A stretch of 64,000 nt of DNA, taken from contig NC_135667.1 of NCBI RefSeq assembly GCF_964188315.1, forward strand, positions 9,424,001-9,488,000, given 5' to 3'. Below the pieces are notes generated by a model. The model was not told where the DNA came from and made no database searches. It saw only the letters and a program-made list of their open reading frames with translations. This document shows, in pieces, positions 20,654 to 32,604 of this stretch. The stretch's first letter is position 1. Every line of letters begins with the position of its first letter. The position numbers and the translations under genes are program-made. The stretch comes from Podarcis muralis (taxonomy: Eukaryota).

Positions 20654-23600
20654 ATGCAAGAGAATTTGTGTTTACAAAGCAATTTTGCTGCCAACGTGTT
20701 GAGAATGACAATGCTGCTACTACTTCTGCCTCCCATTGTCTGCCAAGTAGATAGTATGGGATGTCTTGGAGATGATCCCCTCCCTGTTCCACATGATTTC
20801 TACCAGGCAGGTGGTCTCCTCATTGGTGGGATTGCTTCTCAGATCTCTTACTTTTTCAACAAAGTCTCTTTCAAGGAACATCCTTCTCAGAATATGTTTG
20901 ATATTCCACAGTAAGGATCTTCCCTTATTGATCTTTTTAATTGCATGAATTGTGTCAATTTAGAATAAATAAGTAATTCAAATGGTTAAAAGCTTACAAT
21001 GGACATGCAGTACATTGATATACAATGCAACCAAGGAAGAGAATGCTAGGAAAAGAGATGCTGTTGACAATACTAGTTTTCAAAACATGTATAAGGAATC
21101 TAAATGTGAAAACCTGCACAAAAAGATGGACAGACAAGCAGAGAAGAGGGTTCATAAATGGAGAGGTAGAGCAACATGGGAAAGTATGTTATGGAAATAT
21201 AATTGTTGATGCATCAGAGGAGGAGTTTGGATTTGATATCCCGCCTTTCACTCCCTTTAAGGAGTCTCAAAGCGGCTAACATTCTCCTTTCCCTTCCTCC
21301 CCCACAACAAACACTCTGTGAGGTGAGTGGGGCTGAGAGACTTCAGAGAAGTGTGACTGGCCCAAGGTCACCCAGCAGCTGCAAGTGGAGGAGCGGAGAC
21401 GCGAACCCGGTTCCCCAGATTAGCAGACTACCGCTCTTAACCACTACACCACACTGGCTCCCATTTGCCTTTCGCCTCTGACTCCTCTGACACACTTGTT
21501 TATCTCTGTGGGGAAAAAGAAAATGTTTATTTCTTCTCTCTGCCTTCTTGGTACCAAATGAATGCTCTTATAATGTCTTGAATCAAGTTTGCTTAAGTGA
21601 CCATGTTCTTTAAAAAAAACCACAGAAAGTGATTGTTGTCGGTAAACCCAGTGGAATGGGCTAAGAGAGAGATCACAAAACGCGTCAAGGCCCTAAAAAT
21701 GACATGCGGCAAATATGTTCCTATGCATCATATATCAGAAACATTATTTAGCTGAAAAGGATTTATTAGCTGTGGGATATTGGAAACATATAGGAAAGAT
21801 GTATATGTATAGTACTACATATGACAACCACTACAATAGTACATACATGCATATACACACATGGCATCAGAATACTGACTTTTCCACTCTATGTCATTTT
21901 GCACAGTCAACTTTTCTTCTGAAGAGGATGGTGTGGCACTGAGGGGAGGGAATCACAAATATAAAATATAGTCCAATTTTCTGATTCAGTTACACATAGG
22001 AATATCTAGTATTATAGCACCATGGATTTGTTCATTATAGACTCATTGTTTAAATTAATGAAATCAACTCTCTTGGCAGTGTGGTGACCAAGTTCTACTC
22101 ACACATCCTGGCTCTGGTGTTTTCCATAAAAGACATTAACAAGAATCCCAAGATGCTACCTAATGTCACACTTGGTTTCCACATCTCTGACAGCTATCAT
22201 GATGCAAGGATGACCTATCGCACTATACTGGATCTGATCTTCAAGTCAGAGAGTTTTCTTCCCAACTACAAATGTGGGGCACAAAAAAACCTCTTGGCAA
22301 TTATTGGAGGACTTGGATCTGACACCTCTTGTCATATGAGGGACATCACTGGTCTCTACAAGATCCCACAGGTAATATTGGGTGTGGGGATTATTATTAC
22401 CCAACTTGGATGTTTACAAGAAAGAACCAATATTATTAAAATCAATTTCATTGAACGATTTTCATGGATAACTAAGGTGCATATAATGTTTCTGTTTTCA
22501 GTTCATAGAGTCCTATCTACAGGTCAGTTACATTTGGTGTGATACATTGCTATCATAGGCATTGTGATGTTTGGAGGGGAGAAAATGTGGGGAAGGAGAG
22601 GTGGTGATGATTTTTCCTTCTTTTGCATAGCGTATGTGTGGGGTTTTTGTTTCAGCGTCATGCGTCTAGGTTCTTCATCTATTTGTTTATCTGTTTTTGT
22701 TGACAGTGAGAGAGATTGGGGAGCCAGAAAGGAGCAATATTAATGACAAAAGTTAAAATTTTGGGAATAGTATTAGCTATCGGTAATTTGATAAAATTCA
22801 CATAGAAGTGTTCTTTACTAGTTTTCACCAAATTCATCCAACTTCAAAAGTGTATATTGCATCAACCCAATTCTAAATACTACCTCTCTCTTTTTGGTTT
22901 TTATTTATGCTTTGAAAAATCATACATTTCATTAATTTCACAATCCATTTAACATTTCAAAATTTGACTTCCTTCCACCTCCTTCTGGGGTTCCTTTATT
23001 TTTTCATATCTTCTACAGATCCAATTTCATTTAATTTACTCATTTATTTGTCTACTGTAAATATATACTCTTATAAAACAGTATCTGATATATCTGTTTA
23101 CAATTTTACAAACCATTCCACCTTTTCTGGGACCAGGGATAGGATAGGATAGGGATATTTATAACTCATCTTGATTGTATATGTTCATTTTCTTACAGCT
23201 GACATATGGATCATTTGCCCCAGATGAGATCCAAAGTATGGAAGTCCCTCCTTTTTACCGCATGGTTCCGAATGAAAACCTTCAGTATATGGGCATTATC
23301 TGGCTACTTCAGCACTTTAGGTGGACCTGGGTTGGGCTCTTTGTTGTGGATGATAACAGTGGAGAACAATTCCTTAAAATACTGGAGACATTGTTTTCCA
23401 GACATGGAATCTGTTCAGCCTTCACAAAAAGAATCTCGCAAGTAGCACATATGGAGGAATTCATAAATCACTTTTATGACGAAAATTTAATTAGTATATC
23501 TTTTGCAGATTATAAAGCCAATGCAAATATTGTATATGGAGATCCTGTAACAGTTATATGGCTGAGAACTTTTATAGGTTCACAAGAATCTGGAAATAAG

Positions 23601-26501
23601 GAAAGCATATTATCTGGAAAGGTGTGGATTATGACAACCCAGATAGAATTTGTATTATCTGGAGTTTCAAGAGGATGGGATTTCCAGATGTTCCAGGGTG
23701 CCATTTCTTTCACAATTCACACAAAAGAGGTACCAGGGTTCAGGGGATTTCTTCAGAACATAAAACCAAAGAGGACTCAAGGAGATGGTTTTCTGAAAGA
23801 TTTCTGGGAGCAAGCCTTTGACTGTTTACTTCCAGATCCAGGAATGCCTGAAATGAACGATGACACCTGTACTGGAGAAGAGAGTCTGGAAAGTCTCCCT
23901 GCGGGTCTTTTTGAAATGCACATGAGTGGCCAGGGCTACAGCATCTACAATGCCGTATATGTTATTGCTCATGCTTTGCATGCCATGTTCTCATCTAGAG
24001 CCAAGCACAGATCAACAGTGGTTAGTTACAGTGTTAAATATCAGCCACTGCAGGCATGGCAGGTAACAGTTCCACAACAAAATCTTATTTGTTCAGTGAA
24101 CAAATTGAACACACAAGGTGTGGCTACCTCCAACTTTCTCCTCCTCGAATAACTGATAATATTTGGGTGGGCAGTGGGTTTACTTTTCTCCACGACAAAA
24201 CCTTCTTAATACAACCAACAGATTAATTAATATAAGTTGGGCCTACATCCAGCTTTCTCCACCTTGTACAGTGGTACCTTGGTTCTCAAACTTAATCTGT
24301 TCCGGCAGTCCATTCGGCTCCCAAAACCATTTTAAAACCAAGGCACAGATTCCAAATGGTTGCAGGAGCTTCCTGCAGTCAAGTGGAAGCTGTGTCGGAT
24401 GTTCAGCTTACAAAAAATGTTACTTCCAGGTTTGCAGCATTTGGGAGCCAATTAATTCTGAAGACAATCCATTCATCAACCGAAGTAAAGGTAAAGGTAA
24501 AGGTACCCCTGCCCGTATGGGCCAGTCTTGACAGACTCTAGGGTTGTGCGCTCATCTCACTCTATAGGCCGGGAGCCAGCGCTGTCCGCAGACACTTCCG
24601 GGTCACGTGGCCAGCGTGACAAGCTGCATCTGGCGAGCCAGCGCAGCACACGGAACGCCGTTTACCTTCCCGCTGGTAAGCGGTCCCTATTTATCTACTT
24701 GCACCCAGGGGTGCTTTCGAACTGCTAGGTTGGCAGGCACTGGGACCGAGCAAAGGGAGCGCACCCCGCCGTGGGGATTCGAACCGCCGACCATGCGATC
24801 GGCAAGTCCTAGGCGCTGAGGTTTTACCCACAGCGCCACTGTATAACTAATTAAAATGTTTTCTACAGCATTTGGGGGTGTATATATGGAGCAGTGGGGT
24901 TACATTTCTTCGTATAACTAAAGCTTGCACTTTTTTTAGCTTGTGGTTATCCAGTTGTGATTTTTATTTTCCTTCTTTCAATCAGCTCCACCCGTTTCTT
25001 CAAGGCATTTCATTCAACAACTCAGTTGGAGAAACTATGGCCTTTGATGATACATGGGAAATGGGTTGTGGCTTTGACATAACAAACATGATTACGTTCC
25101 CAAACAAGTCATTCCAGAGAGTGAAAGTTGGAAGGGTTGATACCAATGCCGTTGATGGAAAAGTATTCATGATCAATGATGATATAATTGTGTGGCCAAG
25201 ACATTTTAATGAGGTATGGATGCTGTAGTTTCCTTGATGAACCCTTTGTTATTAATGATGATGTAAGGTCTTCTCTTTTCTCCATAACCTGAGTTTTCAA
25301 TGGGTCACCAAGCTTCAGAATTAACTGAGTGATAACTTTGATTTTCAACAGTAGGATAAAACATTGAAATTCCATATATTGCTATTCTTATTTTGAAAAG
25401 CATGCAGGATTTTCTGTAACTATTTCATGAGTTGTGAGCCTTGCAGTACTTAGCTACTTCAGGTCACTGTTTCTGCATCAGTATGTTGACTCCACCTCTC
25501 AGATCATCTATAGTCTGCTGTTTGTAAGGTTCCTGGAAACTTTTGGGGGGAGTAATGGAATGGGATACAAATGAGGTGGTCTTTTGAGGATAATGTTAGA
25601 AGCAGAATTCCTTCTACCTCTTACGCATCCCTCCAGCAGTACCTTTCTGTGATTTTCCATCAACATCAAGCAGAAGAACATCTTCAAACTGAATTTTTTC
25701 ATCATCACATATTTAATACCCAGGAGAACATAAGAATACCCTACTGCATCACATCAGTTGAAAGGTTCATCTAATTGAATTAGATGTTCTCACTGGGGCC
25801 AACCATACCTCTATGGGAAGAAAACAAGCAGGAATTGTGCACAACAGCACTCTGCCCACTTGTGCTTACCAGCATATACATATTTCTTCTGACAGTTGAA
25901 TTGGAATATACCCATTGTGGCTAGTAATGACTGATAATGCTTTCCACCAAGATTTTGTGTAATCCTCTCTTAAAGCTACCCAAGTTGACAAGCATCACTA
26001 CTCCATAGCTTCTTGGAAAATTTGAAAACCAACCCCTTTCAATCCTTACCACCTGAATTTGCATAAAAATCTCACAGTTAAATATATAAAATGTGGCAGA
26101 TAGCATGTGTTCAATACATGCTGAATGGGTTGTAAATTTCATTTATTCTGAAAGCATGCCTTGTAAACAAATCTCAAAAAAATTAAGTGGTCCTTACACT
26201 AAAAACCTTGTAGCCGTTATTGGGGGGGTGAAATCTGGAAGATCTCCATTTACAGAAATGTGGCTCATATGTCTTCAAACTTATCTAATTCAGATACTGT
26301 AGAATTTTTTTTGATTTCCCATCCTATGAGAAGATTTAAAGCATTTTATCTTCTGAAACTACATTCTGCTTCAGGGAGAAGAAAGTTTTCTTTCATAGCT
26401 GTCAAAGATAAACTAGTCTACTTTATTTAATTTCAGTTCAAGTCACTTGCAAACACTATTTTGGTAGTATATGATGTTGTTGTTGTTGTTGTTGCTGCTG
26501 C

Positions 26502-26535
<34 letters not shown>

Positions 26536-27923
26536 AATTGAATTAATATAGGGCCCTATACCTGCATGTTTCAAGCCAGTTCAGAAGATAAAATGGTTTG
26601 TTGTTATGGTCTAAGGTATTAGGCTACATCAGCAATTGGACGTTGACTCATTTTTCATATTTAATTAGCTTTTTCAACAATTTTCTAACACTTAACTTCA
26701 CAGTTATTAATCAGTGCACAGGAGAATTGAAAACAGAAAGCAAAGGAAGGAAATCAACTAAAATTATACTCCCTCCCCACTAATCTTCTTTTTCCTTTTT
26801 ATGAATAGGTGCTTCCCCTTTCTTCATGTAATGAACACTGCCAGCCTGGTCATCAGAAGAAAAGGAAGGAAGGGGAGAAATCTTGTTGCTATGATTGTGC
26901 TCTATGCCCAGAAGGGAAGATTTCTAACCAAACCGGTAGTTGATGAAATTCTAACACTAGAAGCACTAATTTACTTTCTGATAAATTGACACTCAAATTG
27001 GACCTTTTTCTATTTTTGCAGATATGGATGACTGTTTCAAATGCCCAGGAACCCAGTATCCAAGCAAGAATAAAAATGATTGCACCCCCAAAGTGAAAAC
27101 GTTTCTATCATACGAAGAACCTTTAGGAATCACTTTATCCTCAGCTGTGGTTTCTTTTTCTCTGATCACAGTCCTCATAATAGGAATATTTATTAAGCAC
27201 AAAGATACACCAATGGTGAAAGCCAACAACCGGGACCTCTCATATACTCTCCTCGTCTCCCTCTTGTTCTGTTTCCTATCTTCTTTGTTATTCCTTGGCC
27301 AACCCGGGAAAGTGACCTGCCTTCTCCGACAACCAACTTTTGGCATCGTCTTCTCAGTGGCTGTTTCTTGTGTGTTGGCAAAGACCACCATAGTTTCTCT
27401 AGCATTCATGGCTACAAAACCAGGATCTAGAATGAAGAAATGGGTAGGGAGGAAAGTGTCCTATTCAATTGTAATTTGCTGTTCACTTGTTCAAATATGG
27501 CTTTGTACTGTGTGGCTGGCAACCTCACCTCCATTTCCAGATTTAGACATGTATTCAGCAAAAAAAGAAATCATTCTGCAATGTAATGAAGGGTCAGTCG
27601 TCATGTTCTACTGTGTCTTGGGCTACATGGGTCTTCTGGCCACCACCAGCTTCATTGTGGCATTCCTAGCCCGCAAGTTGCCTGATAGTTTTAATGAAGC
27701 CAAATTCATCACTTTCAGCATGTTGGCCTTTTGCAGTGTATGGTTGTCCTTTATTCCAACTTACCTGAGCACCAGAGGGAAAGGCATGGTGGCTGTGGAG
27801 ATCTTCTCCATCTTGGCCTCCACTGCTGGGTTACTGGGTTGCATCTTTTGCCCGAAATGCTACATCATTGTGCTGAGGCCAGAGCTGAATAGCAGGGAGC
27901 AACTGATAAGGAGAAAGCATTGA
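20654..27923 (+). CDS. V2R gene C, intact, 889 aa
   Basis: Exons 20654-20910, 22080-22371, 23199-24062, 24986-25213, 26809-26935, 27022-27923. GT-AG; 2670 nt, in frame; V2R motifs as in gene A. Confidence 0.93.
21217..21461 (-). mobile_element. tRNA-derived SINE (Squam3-like) in intron 1 of C
   Basis: Minus strand begins GAGCCAGTGTGGTGTAGTGGTTAAGAGCGG (A box)..CCGGGTTCGCGTCTCC (B box) and ends in a (CTC/CTT)n tail. Same family at 62414. Confidence 0.85.
22886..23160 (-). mobile_element. AT-rich insertion in intron 2 of C, probable L1 3' UTR
   Basis: Absent from the collinear intron 2 of gene A; T-rich end and composition similar to 46611-46800. Confidence 0.4.
24269..24841. mobile_element. 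Tigger-like MITE whose right TIR is interrupted by a Sauria SINE
   Basis: TA-CAGTGGTACCTTGGTTCTC at left; CCACTG-TA at 24836-24843. Confidence 0.8.
24485..24839 (-). mobile_element. Sauria SINE (Squam1), 5'-truncated by about 10 nt
   Basis: Reverse complement of the 62815 copy, with (ACCTTT)n tail and tRNA-like head. Confidence 0.9.
26475..26535. repeat. (GTT)n/(GCT)n compound trinucleotide repeat, intron 4 of C
   Basis: Read directly. Confidence 0.9.
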
Positions 27924-28374
27924 GGAAACTTATTCAAATTCAAAATGAGACAGAAAGAAAAAAGATGCAAAACCAAAAGGAAAAGGAAGGCTTAAATTCT
28001 TCAGAAGATCTGAATATGCATAGCATGAATATGGGAAGATTAAGGGAAGCCTTAATTTCTGCCACTACATAACTGAAAGGTCATCACCCCACCCCTTATT
28101 CCTTGTCGCTCCAGTGAGCAAGACTACAAACAGTGGATGCAAACACTTGAGGGTATAGACAGTGACTGAATATTAGGATAGGCTTCCCAATTGTGACTGC
28201 TTAATGCACACTGCCTTTGTAATGGTTTTATGAGAGGCTACTCTGTCATATCTTAACAATGGTGGTCAGTGATGATGAATTTGTTGCATTCTAGATGTTT
28301 TTGGACTCCAGATCCCATTATCCCCAGTCAAGCATGAGGGATGGAAAAATAAACATTATATAAAATTGGATGTA

Positions 28375-28625
28375 CAGTCGTACCTTGGAAGTCAAACGGA
28401 ATCCATTCCGAAAGTCTGTTCGACTTCCAAAAATGTTTAAAAACCAAATCATGGCTCTTGATTGGCAGCAGGAACTTCCTGCACTCAATTGGAAACCGCA
28501 GAAGCACCGTCGGACATTTGGCTTCCAAAAATAGTTTGCAAATCAGAGTAGTCACTTTTGGGTTTGCGACGTTTGAGAGCCAAAACATTCCAGAACTAAG
28601 CTGTTAGACCTCCAAGGTACGACTG
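28375..28625. mobile_element. Tigger-like MITE
   Basis: TIRs CAGTCGTACCTTGGA / TCCAAGGTACGACTG. Empty site GGATGTACCTA in the paralogous 3' flank of gene E (~49927-49937). Confidence 0.85.
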
Positions 28626-29444
28626 CACCTATTAATTGACTACCCATGCATTCTCCCAAATCTTTGTTTTCAACGTTAAATTACATTTGAAATTTCTTTC
28701 CTCCCCCCACCTTTTTTCTGTTTTAGCTAAACTCTCCTTCCCTGATGCCTGGGAAATGAGATTTTACACACACTCTGAATTGAGAAAACATGGTTGTGTG
28801 ATAGGCTGCAATAAACCTCAATGAATTCATGAGATTTACTTCAGATAAAATAGGAATAGGTTTGTACCATGGATGCCTTTGCTACGGGCTATTAGCCACT
28901 TTGCATTTTAGGTGCCATAAGATACTTTGTTGCTTTTTCTGCAAAAGAGTTGCAGGGTTTTCCCCTTTCAAAGTCACTGTATTTTGAAAGGGAAATACAA
29001 GAAAGGTGATTGATTTGTAAATGAGGCAGATGTTGATAGATGAGATATGTGTGTGCATTGTTTACTACATGGTTTGAAATACACCAATCACAGAGGAATA
29101 GTAAATACCAAATAAATAGGTGTATGATTGTCAGAACAGATTGAGATTAGTCCCACTGTTCTTTCTTCACTATAATAAATCTGCCTTCTAAAAAGAATTC
29201 TTATCTTGTTCTATTTTCTTAATTTGGAAACATGCTTATTACTTAATCACTTTTAAATAATTTAAAGTTATAATGTTTTAAGGGGGGAGGGAAGGAATGA
29301 GAACAAGGATATTAGCTCCTCCTCCAGGAACATTAGTCATTGCATTCTACCTAATGACAGCCTAATGACTTCAGCTGGAAAAATTTTCTCCTGTGGAAGA
29401 AAGGAGGCTCCTCATGAATGGGTATGTCTATCTTTATGTGTGTA

Positions 29445-30496
29445 CAGTGGTACCTCGGTTTTCAAACAGCTTTTGTTCTCGAACTACTTGGAACCCAAAC
29501 ACTTCAAACCCGGAAATGAGTGTTCCAGTTTTCAAACTTTTTTCAGAAGCAGAATGTGCTCCAATTTAAGTGCTCACTTCCGCTTTGAGTGAGGGGCTTG
29601 GCCCCCAGCAGTGACTGCTGCTGCTTCCTTTCCTTCCCTCTGCTGGGAAGTGCCTCTTTCCTAGGTACAAAGTGGAGTTGGGTGGCTCCTCGGAATGTAA
29701 GTGACTCCAGAGTATTGAGACTTGGAAGTTGGCAACTCTCCCCCAGCACACAGAGAGGCGGTGTTGGGGGGGGAGTGTGTGGTGGGGGAACTATGCTAGA
29801 CAGGTTGACCTTCTCACCCCCTCACCTTCCCTCCCTCCCTCTTCCCAAGTGAGGTCCAGGCGAGGCAGCACAGGAGCTGCATTCCTGAGCGAGGGATGGG
29901 GCAGTCGCACTGCACACAGGCAGTGGAGACAGAAGCCCTGGGACATGCCTGGGTGAATGGGAGCATGGACAGGGAGCGTGGGCAGATGCCGGAAAACATG
30001 CAGGAGAGAGAGGGAGGGAGGGAGGGAGGGAGGGAGGGAGGGAAGGAGCAGGCTTCGGTGGGGGAAGAGAACTTTTGCCTCCCTTTCCTCCCCCCGAACT
30101 TAAACTCCCCTCTCCTGCATCCAGTTAGCATCCACCTGCCTCCCCACATGCACCCCATGTACGCTCTTCGTCCCTCCAGTTTGAGTGTTTCCACACACTC
30201 CACTTAAACTCTCCCCTGTCTCGTCCCTCCAATGGCAATTGGTAGATCGCTGCCAGTTTTTGATACTGGGTAATAGATTGCAGCCTGGTTTATTGATTTC
30301 ATTTTATGGATCAATGGTCTCATTAGATAGTAAAATTCATGTTAAATTGGTGTTTTAGGGGTTGTTTTTAATTGCCTGGAGCAGATTAATCCATCTTGCA
30401 TTACTTTCTATGGGAAAGCACACCTTGGTTTTGGAACACTTTGGTTTTGGAACAGACTTCCAGAACAGATTAAGTTTGAGAACCAAGGTACCACTG
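29445..30496. mobile_element. 1.05-kb Tigger-like non-autonomous element with GC-rich/(GGGA)n interior
   Basis: TIRs CAGTGGTACCTCGGTT / AACCAAGGTACCACTG with TA TSD. Empty site TGTGTAATAGCA at ~60690-60701. Confidence 0.85.
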
Positions 30497-30859
30497 TAAT
30501 AGCAATTCTGTAGTTACTGGAAGGGGTAGGTAATAAGAGCGTTATGGTGTCAGCAAATCCATTTCCTTAAAGTACTGTTGCCCAAAGATACCTAAGAATC
30601 ATTTCAGAGATTTGCAGAGAAATGCCAGTTCTCCTTTTGAACTCTACCCTCTAACACTTCTGATCTAAAAACATAAGACTCAGCTCAACTTTTAAGGAAA
30701 TGTTGTCTGCATTTCTTGATTACTACAGTTTTGGTTTCCCCAGTCATGGAAATGACTTCACCATTGGACACATGTGGCCAGTGGACCAGTTCATTATATC
30801 CCCAACCCCTCGCAGGCCAAGTTTGGCAGGTATGGGTGGCTGTACATGTTTCATTCATT

Positions 30860-31682
30860 TGCAGGTCTGGGCATCGTGCTCCCCAGCCTCCAACCAAAAT
30901 AAATAAAAGACCAATAAGACTGGTTTGGATCAAAACAGGCCACAACTTTATTGAATACAAATGAAAGAGGTTTGGCTTGGGAATGGCAACAATCAAAATA
31001 CTTCCAGCCCGCCAGGCAGAAGTGACATGTAGGTCAACCCAGGTGGGGGTTCCTAAGACTTACATCAAATAGACTGACCCCCACAGGGACCACTGCCTGG
31101 TGGAGTGCCTTTGGCCCTGGCCCTGCTTGAGCATGCAGACATGACCACTCCTCCCAGATCATTCAGTGTTTGAAGGGGCAAGCAGAGACTACAAACTCCC
31201 CTTCATCCAAAACAAAGGATTGGCCCAACGCCCAACCCAGTTGTGACGATTGCTATGAGGTAGGAAAAAACCACCAGGTAAGAATCAATTGGTCCAGTGG
31301 ATGAATTCCTACCCAGCCCCATAAAACGGCAACCACCACAGCAATAGCAAGGTCCTTAACTATCAGCTAAAACCAAGGATGGGTGGGCAGGGAAACCGGA
31401 CAAAGGAACAAACAGGTAGTGCCCCAGGTTCGGGCTGCTTAAATGGCTATGGGGTGGACCCAATGGAAGGCTTTCCACTCCATCGGCCCCACCTCCTGGC
31501 AGAGCCCAAGTCCCAGCCTCCATTCCCATTTGCCAAAGCGGGATGCAGGCCAAGATCCGGCTACTGATACCCCCGCTGCCTATCAGGAAGGGCACCGAAG
31601 CCGTGGTTCCCTTGTCGAGGCCCCACTGGAGCCTCGCCATCCTGCAATGTTGCTGCACCAAAAGGGGGGAGCAGGCTTATCA
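30860..31682 (-). mobile_element. Solo-LTR-like element
   Basis: TG..CA ends, imperfect 5-bp TSD TCATT/TCATA, minus-strand AATAAA about 90 nt from the end. Absent at the paralogous site ~61077. Related to 38813-39532. Confidence 0.6.
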
Positions 31683-32207
31683 TCATAATGACACAATTTG
31701 ACCTTACAATGGATTTCGCAAAACCAGATAATTGTCTGAGTGCAAATCATTTTACAAAATGCCATCTTCTGGAGCATTTTGCAGAGGGTTGGGCAGGACT
31801 TGATATGACTGTCAGGTCTTGGTAAAAAAAACACACCCTTGAAAAGCATGGCTCGGTGTAGCACCTTGGAAAGTGCTTTACAGGGTCGTCTTGTGGAGCT
31901 CCTTGTAAATAGTTATAATGTTCTGTGTTTTTCAAGAGACCCAACAATCTTGCCTCACATCTCACATACTATATGATGTCAGGTGTAGGGCACATTGGAT
32001 TCTGGTCCGCTACCATGACCTCATGGATGAAATGAGGAGATCAGTTTCTTGTTGGTGTTTGCTCACCCTCAAAATATGGAACCTGTACTTCCCATCTTGT
32101 TATAAAGCAAAAAAGACTTGTTTCCACACCTTCCAGGTCTACCAGTATATTGTGTTCTCTACTCAAACCAATGACTTCACCATAAAGCCCCATTTCCCTT
32201 TAGAAAG

Positions 32208-32400
32208 CAGAGAAGACTTGTGGTCTGACTTCAAAAAAACATGCCTCCTACAAAAAGTTTCACTGAATATCCTCTCCACAAAGAGAAAATTGCACCCCCA
32301 CCCCCAAATTATCTCAAGCACTATAATTTGTCCACATGTCTGAAGCTCCAGAGGCTTTGCAGAAGACATGAAAAAACAAAGGATATGCAAGTCTGAAAGT
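32208..32400 (+). promoter_or_regulatory. Conserved V2R upstream module, gene D
   Basis: CAGAGAAGACTTGTGG at 32208, AAATTA at 32306, CTGAAAGT at 32393. Confidence 0.45.
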
Positions 32401-32604
32401 GGTGATAAATAAACCCCTGTACTATGGAGAGTTGGAAGGAAGGGCAAAGAGGGAGGCATGGCTCTGCAAGTTTGTTTTATGCTATTTCTGCCTTGTGTTT
32501 GTGTGTCTTACAACCCAGACTTCAAATTGGATAATTTGTGATGTCTGCTTTTATTCAAGGCTTGCAGTTATATCTCTGCTGATTCTAAGAGGTGCATTGA
32601 CACC

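Noticed and set aside
21400-21461. tRNA-like A/B-box sequences (also 62600-62665, 54858, 62815)
   Set aside because: They are SINE heads continuous with SINE bodies and tails, not tRNA genes.
26993-27409. Recurring antisense ORFs over exon 6 (also 48856-49212, 56905-57267) and exon 3
   Set aside because: Shadow frames of the conserved sense coding sequence.
29589-30207. Several 75-130 aa ORFs in the GC-rich MITE interior
   Set aside because: Low-complexity, no recognisable domain, expected from base composition.
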